64,000 bases of DNA from an uncultured Glaciecola sp. (GTDB lineage Bacteria > Pseudomonadota > Gammaproteobacteria > Enterobacterales > Alteromonadaceae). Each line of letters begins with the position of its first letter. Position 1 is the first letter of the stretch. The notes below the pieces were generated by a model. The model saw only the letters and a program-made list of their open reading frames with translations. It searched no databases and was not told the DNA's origin. Positions 58,116-64,000 of this stretch are shown here, piece by piece. Location: contig CAKZLI010000059.1 of the NCBI GenBank assembly GCA_937125395.1, forward strand, positions 1,462-65,461, read 5' to 3'. A program made the position numbers and the translations under genes.

Positions 58116-61100
58116 TTACGCTTGATTTTTTAGTACAATGTCTTCAATTTTTTGGCGTTGTGTAAACTGTTTAGGCGTAATACCAAATAGTTTCTTGAAA
58201 CTGGTACTAAAGTAACTCGGCGATGTAAAACCCGATTCATACGCAGCTAATGACGCAGATGCTCCGGAAAGAAGCAACTCTGCCGCGCGATGTAAGCGAT
58301 AGTTACGAATAAACTCACTGACTCCAATGCCGGTGGCACTTTTGATACGACGTAATAACTGTCTATCACTGACACCAGAGATAGCTGACAGGTCTTGTAC
58401 CCCAAAATTCGGGTCTACGGATTCTTTGGCTAAAATCGTGTTGAGTAAATCGATAAAATTACTATGCTCTATCTCTTCAATATTGGGAGTGTCGCTATTA
58501 GCTGTCATCGGTTTACCCGGCACGGAGATCGTTGATGTGTAGCGACGACGAATGAGTTCTTGTTCTGCAATGATGTTGCGCGTTTTCAACCGTAGCTCCT
58601 CCTCTTCGAACGGTTTATTAATGTAATCACTGGCTGCACTTGCTAAACCTTGTATACGGGCTTCCTGCGAGTTCTTTGCTGTTAATAATATGACGGGAAT
58701 ATGATTGGTAATCTGCTGACTCTTTAGTTGCTGCAAAAATTCGATACCATCCATTTCAGGCATCATAATGTCACTGATAATCAGATCAGGCAGAATATCC
58801 TGAGCGATCGTTAATCCTGCAACCGCTGTATTAGCGGTATGCACTTGATAATCTCCGCTGAACAAGTTTTCTAAGTACATCAAAATATCATGATTATCGT
58901 CTATACAAAGCAAGCAAGGCTGATCATCGTTGACAATAATTTCTCGATAACTTTGCTCTAATGTATTCGGCAATATCACAGTAAACTGAGTTCCTTCCTC
59001 AAGTTTACTGTCTACTTTAATAATACCTTCAGCCTTGTCGACTAACTGTTCAACGATGGCGAGACCTAGACCAGTGCCTTCTTCCATTTCACTATGTTGT
59101 GATGCAGAGCGATAAAATCGATTGAAAATCATTTTGATTTCATCTTGTTTGATGCCAATACCAGAATCAATCACATGAATATTGACAAAATGCGACTCCA
59201 CTTCGATTTTAATCTCAATGTGTCCGCCCACTGGCGTATATTTTATCGCATTAGACAGTAGGTTAGAGATGATGGTCTCTAAGTTATACATCGGGACTGG
59301 TAATTTTAAAGGCGCAAATTCAGGATAAGTAAACGTTTGTTGTTTTTGCTCTAGGTAAGGTTCAAAAATGACAGCCTGTTGTTTTATCACTAAGGCAAGA
59401 TCGGTGATAGCATTATTTGCTGAAGTATCAGGCAATTGATCAGAGATAGATAATTCAAATACTTTTTTGACCAACGTATTGAGTCTATCTGCATTGCGCA
59501 CAAGAATATTGAGCATCGTCTGTGCTTCAGGCTCCATAGAATAATTGCGTAATTGATTAATAGGCCCACGTATTAGCGTTAATGGAGTGCGCAGTTCATG
59601 TGAAATCGTTTCAAATATTGTGTCCTTTTCAGCGACGATGGACTCAAGTTGCTGCGCTTGCTGGCGCGAAATTTCAGTTTGTTTACGTAAATCATCCGTG
59701 CGTTTATCGACCAATATTTTAAGCTGTTCGGCTTGTTGCTTCACTTGGTGAGTTCGATACCAGACGCTTAAGTAAATGACGAGTATGCCAATAGCGGCAA
59801 TCAATGCATACGCGTAAACGGTTTGCAAAAAAGGAATCGGATATTTAACACTCAACACAAGCGGATCAATTAAGCTTGAATTAGTATTGTTAGAAGGATT
59901 AATAATTTGAATTTGATGATTACCAGGCTCCGGAGAAAAAGCAAAGGAGAAACCATCGAATTCAGTCATGCCCTCTGGACCAACATACTCAAACTGATTA
60001 TTGGTATGAGATGTAAAGCTGGTGTCACCTAAGCGTATTTGAATCACATCTACTGCACGTTCAAAACTTAGCTTGGGTTCATGTATATTATAAAATGACT
60101 GTGTACTGCCGTCTTTAAATATGGCTTTTAACGATGCGATTTTAAGTTTGATAGGGGGTTTTGATAATGCATTGGGATTGAGTACCGTGATCCCATTGAG
60201 ACCTGAAAATACAAAATTGCCTTTGCTGTTTCTATACGAAACACCAGCATTGAACTCATTTCCTTGAAGGCCATCTGCCAGGGTATACCAAGCAAAACTG
60301 TCCATGTTGTCTCGATACTCAATTAGGCCATTTTTGAGCGTAGACCAATATGTGCCTGAGTCAGATACAAGTGTAGCCTGGATATTCATCATCATTATTT
60401 TGTGCGGAAATTGAGTTAGCACGAATTGCTTGCTGAGGGGATCAAAAATATGCATACCATTATTGGTCGATAGCACAATATGCCCTTGTCTATTTGTTGT
60501 TAGGTGGTTCACTTGGGTGATATTTTGCTGAGGCGTAAATAGAAAGTGCGTAAAAGCCCGTGTAAAAGGGTCAAAGGTATGCAGTCCAACGTTAGAGCTG
60601 ATCCAATTAATGTTATTGATTTTAATCATTTGCGAAAATTGATTGGTCATCAGTGACGAATTATTCGTTGTAAACTGAGTGAATGACAAATCGGCTAACG
60701 AGAATAACGATATTCCGTCTTCACGGTGAGTTATCAAAGCATGCTCATCATCAATTGGTAGCCAATCCACTAATTTTCCTGCTGGTAACTCGGAATTCTC
60801 AGTGGTATAGGTGGCGATGACACTGAGTTGATCAATGTCGATTTTGGTGAGTCCTTGTTCATCCAAAACCCAAGTATATTGTTCATCGATATGCAGTTTT
60901 GCTATTTTTAAGCCCGCTAATGCCTTATCAATCACTTCATTGTACTGTGTGACGGGATTGTATACAGAAATACCATCGATATTCGATGCAATCCATCCTC
61001 GAAGGTATTTGTCAGCTGCAATGGCTGTGACATCATTGCCACTTAATGGCGATTTTTCTAATACTGAGTGTTTCAGATGATAGAGTTGCTCGCTATTTTT

Positions 61101-62156
61101 ACGAAAGTGATTAATACCACCTCGTTCAGTGCCTAACCACACATCGCCATTATCTGCGACAAAAATCCGTTTAATCAAATTACTGCTCAATGAATGACTA
61201 TCGGTTTGGTCATATCGTATTTGTTTAACGATAGCGTTGTCTTGCAAAAGTTGCACACCACGAGAATAAAACCCGACCCATATACGCGCTGAATTATCGA
61301 CAGCGAGACTGGTGATGTAATTTTCACGTATTGGTATAGCTGAGGTTGTAGAGTAGTGAGCGGTTACTTCTAATTGTTGATTGAGTTCATAAAGTCCTTG
61401 ATTTGACGTCGCAACATAAATCCTGTTATTTGCGTTGAGCACTTGCGTGATGATCGCGTTCTTAGGTAATAATTGAGTAGGGATGAATTCACTTCGGTCG
61501 CTAGATAGTGCATAAAATCCACGGTCAGATGCAAATAACAATTTATTATTTGCTGTTAACGTCGCTTTTAATGGCTCAATAGTATTAATTATAGTGGGTG
61601 CTTGCATCGGTTGTTGCGGATTAAACAGATACACACCTTGAGTCGTAAGAATGCTCAACATATGTGGCGATACTTGAGATATTTGAAAGGCGGTTTTGTT
61701 GATAGAGTTAATGTCTTCAAAACCATATACATACTTAAATCGTTGCTCGTTTGGTTGGAGGACGTGCACACTGCAATCAAACGTGACCCATAGATTATTT
61801 TCTGTATCGACAAATAACTGGGTCACTTGGCTAGTTCGATTTTCTAAGCCATTAGATTGATTAAATTTGGTAAAATTAACACCATCAAAACGAACCAATC
61901 CATCATCAGTTCCAAACCAAATAAATCCCAGTCCATCCTGTGCAATAGCATTAATGGTCGAGTCAGGGAGGCCATCAGCAATCCCATATTGATTGATATG
62001 CAAAGAGTTAAGGCTGTGAGCAACAACTTGCACAGACCACACACTTAAAATAAATAATCCAACTCGCCAAAAATTCACTGAATACCTTTTCACTAATAGA
62101 TACATTAGGTTTATATGCATCATCGTTTTTTTTGAAAAAAATGCAACTATTTTCAC
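58116..62156 (-). CDS. Hybrid two-component system protein: periplasmic beta-propeller/Y_Y_Y sensor, histidine kinase, receiver, and AraC-type HTH in one polypeptide
   Basis: 1,346 aa. The N-terminal TM/signal is followed by repeated two-component-regulator propeller motifs (GLPDSTINAIAQDGLGFIWFGTDDGLVRFDG...). A TM helix (YAYALIAAIGILVIYLSVWY) follows, then HisKA (SHELRTPL), HATPase (GTGLGLAIV), REC (LLCIDDNHD...IISDIMMPEMDG...K) and a C-terminal AraC HTH (SPSYFSTSFKKLFGITPKQF). The true start may be an internal Met. Confidence 0.88.
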   Translation of the reverse strand: MKIVAFFSKKTMMHINLMYLLVKRYSVNFWRVGLFILSVWSVQVVAHSLNSLHINQYGIADGLPDSTINAIAQDGLGFIWFGTDDGLVRFDGVNFTKFNQSNGLENRTSQVTQLFVDTENNLWVTFDCSVHVLQPNEQRFKYVYGFEDINSINKTAFQISQVSPHMLSILTTQGVYLFNPQQPMQAPTIINTIEPLKATLTANNKLLFASDRGFYALSSDRSEFIPTQLLPKNAIITQVLNANNRIYVATSNQGLYELNQQLEVTAHYSTTSAIPIRENYITSLAVDNSARIWVGFYSRGVQLLQDNAIVKQIRYDQTDSHSLSSNLIKRIFVADNGDVWLGTERGGINHFRKNSEQLYHLKHSVLEKSPLSGNDVTAIAADKYLRGWIASNIDGISVYNPVTQYNEVIDKALAGLKIAKLHIDEQYTWVLDEQGLTKIDIDQLSVIATYTTENSELPAGKLVDWLPIDDEHALITHREDGISLFSLADLSFTQFTTNNSSLMTNQFSQMIKINNINWISSNVGLHTFDPFTRAFTHFLFTPQQNITQVNHLTTNRQGHIVLSTNNGMHIFDPLSKQFVLTQFPHKIMMMNIQATLVSDSGTYWSTLKNGLIEYRDNMDSFAWYTLADGLQGNEFNAGVSYRNSKGNFVFSGLNGITVLNPNALSKPPIKLKIASLKAIFKDGSTQSFYNIHEPKLSFERAVDVIQIRLGDTSFTSHTNNQFEYVGPEGMTEFDGFSFAFSPEPGNHQIQIINPSNNTNSSLIDPLVLSVKYPIPFLQTVYAYALIAAIGILVIYLSVWYRTHQVKQQAEQLKILVDKRTDDLRKQTEISRQQAQQLESIVAEKDTIFETISHELRTPLTLIRGPINQLRNYSMEPEAQTMLNILVRNADRLNTLVKKVFELSISDQLPDTSANNAITDLALVIKQQAVIFEPYLEQKQQTFTYPEFAPLKLPVPMYNLETIISNLLSNAIKYTPVGGHIEIKIEVESHFVNIHVIDSGIGIKQDEIKMIFNRFYRSASQHSEMEEGTGLGLAIVEQLVDKAEGIIKVDSKLEEGTQFTVILPNTLEQSYREIIVNDDQPCLLCIDDNHDILMYLENLFSGDYQVHTANTAVAGLTIAQDILPDLIISDIMMPEMDGIEFLQQLKSQQITNHIPVILLTAKNSQEARIQGLASAASDYINKPFEEEELRLKTRNIIAEQELIRRRYTSTISVPGKPMTANSDTPNIEEIEHSNFIDLLNTILAKESVDPNFGVQDLSAISGVSDRQLLRRIKSATGIGVSEFIRNYRLHRAAELLLSGASASLAAYESGFTSPSYFSTSFKKLFGITPKQFTQRQKIEDIVLKNQA

Positions 62157-62454
62157 CTATATGGCGGTTTAGAGCAATCGATTGTCGGGTATGTGAAAGT
62201 ATGAAAAGGCAAATGTGTGTATAGTGTTAAGTATGGATTTGGCGAGAATAGATGCTTTCTAAGTTCATACTCTAACACAGTCAAAACATTGGATGTCAAT
62301 CAACACGGATGTTGAAACCTCAAGGAAATCTAAGTTAACGGAACGGCTTGAAGTGGTATATACGGATCCTAAAACAATGATGTTTGTACACGGAAGTTCT
62401 TTATTCTCTCACTTTATGAAATAATGCGCTCGGTCTAAAGTCCTGAGCACAATT

Positions 62455-64000
62455 ATGCGCGTTATCGTTTTATTATTAAATTTGTTATTTGTTTTTTGCA
62501 GCACATCAGTCGTCGCTAATAATATTACCATTCCTTATGATGATGATCTTAACATTGTCATTGATGGTGAATTCAATCAACAAGAATGGCGCGGCGCAAA
62601 ACAGTTCGCATTAGAGTATGTCGTTCGACCACAAAACAACCTACCTGCACCTGTTCACACTACAGTTTATGTTATTGAGGATGGTGAAACATTATATGTA
62701 GCTTTTATTGCTGCCGATCCTGCACCCAATCAAATTCGCGCATCTTACCGAGACCGTGACTTGATTTGGGGGGATGATTTGGTTGGGATTAAGTTAGATA
62801 CCTTTAATGATGCACGATTAGCTTATCAATTTTTTGTCAATCCGTTTGGGATCCAATCCGACGGAATTCAAAATGAAATGACTGGCAATGAATCAGATAG
62901 CTGGAATGCGATTTGGCAATCTCAAGGACAGATAACGCCAACCGGTTATATCGTCGAGATGGCGCTGCCACTCAGTATCATGAATTTTGATGAATCTGCT
63001 GGTGACAAAACCTGGGGAGTTGAGTTTGTACGCTTTTATCCTCGCGAAGATGAGCAACGTATTTCACATTTAACGTATGATCGCGATAACGCTTGTAATT
63101 TATGTCAAATGGGTAAAGTCAACGGTTTTGCCCAAGCCACACAAGGACAAAACTTAGCGATCGTGCCCACAATTGTAGCGGCGAAAGGGCGGTCGCGAGA
63201 CATCGAAGATAATGCCGACAAAGCATGGGATTATGCTGACAATCAAGCCTTAAGCCTAGATGTTAAATGGGGTGTCACGCCAGAAGTGTCATTACAAGCT
63301 ACCTTTAACCCAGATTTTTCACAAGTAGAGTCCGACACCGGACAGCTATCTGTAAATAGTACATTTGCGCTATTTTTTCCGGAGAAAAGACCCTTTTTTG
63401 TCGAAAATGCCGATTATTTTTCATCAAATTACAATCTCGTATACACGCGTAACATTAATGCACCCGATTACGGCTTAAAACTAACAGGTCGACAAGCGGC
63501 GCATTCACTCGGTGTATTTTTTGCGAATGATCAAAGTACTAACTTTTTGATACCGGGAAATTTACGCTCAAGCGTTGCGTCGTTAACCCAATCTTCGCAC
63601 AACTTTGCAGCACGATATCGATATGACATTAACACGAGTCTCTCTATTGGTTCGATCACCACAGCACGTGAAGCAGATGAATACCATAATTGCGTTAATG
63701 GTGTCGATGTCAAATATATGCCAACCACTAATGACACTATCCGAGTGCAATATGTGCGTTCTGATACCCAATATCCAACCGACTTGTACCTTGATCTTTG
63801 CGATAATGATTGCACTGACCTCACTGATATAAACGAAAATGTGCTCAGGGTACTCAAGCAGGATAGCTTTAGTGGCAAAGCCCTGCGATTGCAGTATGCA
63901 CGTGATACAGAAGATTATTTTGTGCGGGCGTCACATTACCGTAATGGGAGTGATTTCCGTGCCGATTTGGGGTTTGTGTCTCGTGCCGATAGAAATGTAA
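62455..64000 (+). CDS. Secreted CBM9-like / DUF5916-like protein, 5' 515 codons (continues beyond the window)
   Basis: I translated this by hand. The ATG at 62455 gives MRVIVLLLNLLFVFCSTSVVANNITIPYDDDLNIVIDGEFNQQEWRGAKQF...YVAFIAADP...YRDRDLIWGDDLVGIKLDTFNDARLAYQFFVNPFGIQSDG...FNPDFSQVESD...FFPEKRPFFVENADYF. There is no stop through 64000. It is missing from the ORF track because it is open-ended. The family call is from motif memory. Confidence 0.8.
   Translation, partial: MRVIVLLLNLLFVFCSTSVVANNITIPYDDDLNIVIDGEFNQQEWRGAKQFALEYVVRPQNNLPAPVHTTVYVIEDGETLYVAFIAADPAPNQIRASYRDRDLIWGDDLVGIKLDTFNDARLAYQFFVNPFGIQSDGIQNEMTGNESDSWNAIWQSQGQITPTGYIVEMALPLSIMNFDESAGDKTWGVEFVRFYPREDEQRISHLTYDRDNACNLCQMGKVNGFAQATQGQNLAIVPTIVAAKGRSRDIEDNADKAWDYADNQALSLDVKWGVTPEVSLQATFNPDFSQVESDTGQLSVNSTFALFFPEKRPFFVENADYFSSNYNLVYTRNINAPDYGLKLTGRQAAHSLGVFFANDQSTNFLIPGNLRSSVASLTQSSHNFAARYRYDINTSLSIGSITTAREADEYHNCVNGVDVKYMPTTNDTIRVQYVRSDTQYPTDLYLDLCDNDCTDLTDINENVLRVLKQDSFSGKALRLQYARDTEDYFVRASHYRNGSDFRADLGFVSRADRNV

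Noticed and set aside
58327-62048. Short ORFs within the hybrid sensor-regulator gene
   Set aside because: They are embedded in a 1,346-aa ORF with ordered sensor, kinase, receiver and HTH motifs.
62293-62424. 43-codon ORF (MSINTDVETS...) in the regulator/DUF5916 intergenic region
   Set aside because: It has no Shine-Dalgarno and no recognisable features, and its length is compatible with chance. It overlaps the GGATGT direct repeat, which is more likely regulatory.
63531-63878. Track ORFs 63531-63878 (-), 63583-63771 (-) and 63605-63832 (+)
   Set aside because: They overlap the long open frame starting at 62455, which has a signal peptide and family-like motifs.

Overview
This is a 64-kb stretch of a moderately AT-rich gammaproteobacterial chromosome. 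Gene content and order look Alteromonadales/Vibrionales-like, but I cannot name the species. It holds about 50 tightly packed genes, mostly core housekeeping, in blocks syntenic with E. coli or Vibrio. Those blocks are: the 5' end of an MSHA-type pilus operon (mshI, a PilN-like gene, the start of mshJ) next to ssb and uvrA; fbp<>mpl-ubiX; lptM-lysA-dapF-yigA-xerC-yigB-uvrD; rarD; recQ; selO; ribA; rhlE; arcA; trmB-rsmC-glgA <> mutY-yggX-tRNA-Phe; and pstSCAB-phoU. I saw no rRNA, CRISPR, transposase, integrase, phage or obvious defence genes.

The stand-out is an ~11-kb, visibly more AT-rich segment between tRNA-Phe and phoU. It carries a small secreted protein and one 10-kb gene for a ~3,350-aa predicted lipoprotein. 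That protein is built from beta-sandwich repeats plus a ~1,300-aa super-module (beta-sandwich, FN3-like, beta-helix, Asp-rich Ca-binding block) present twice in tandem. Three copies of a TAAGAA-TAT-TTCTTA dyad precede the gene.

Secondary points:
- a G9 run inside the Walker A codons of recQ
- a 7-bp x5 tandem repeat in the mshI/MCP divergent promoter region
- LexA and Pho boxes
- a translationally coupled trmB-rsmC-glgA unit
- a glycosyltransferase and PEP-CTERM protein pair
- a Bacteroidetes-style hybrid two-component regulator divergent from a CBM9/DUF5916-like gene

Two genes cut by the window edges are missing from the supplied ORF track: the mshJ start at 1-75 (-) and a 515-codon open frame at 62455-64000 (+). 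All functional calls come from motif and sequence recognition by eye and from synteny. No database search was run.
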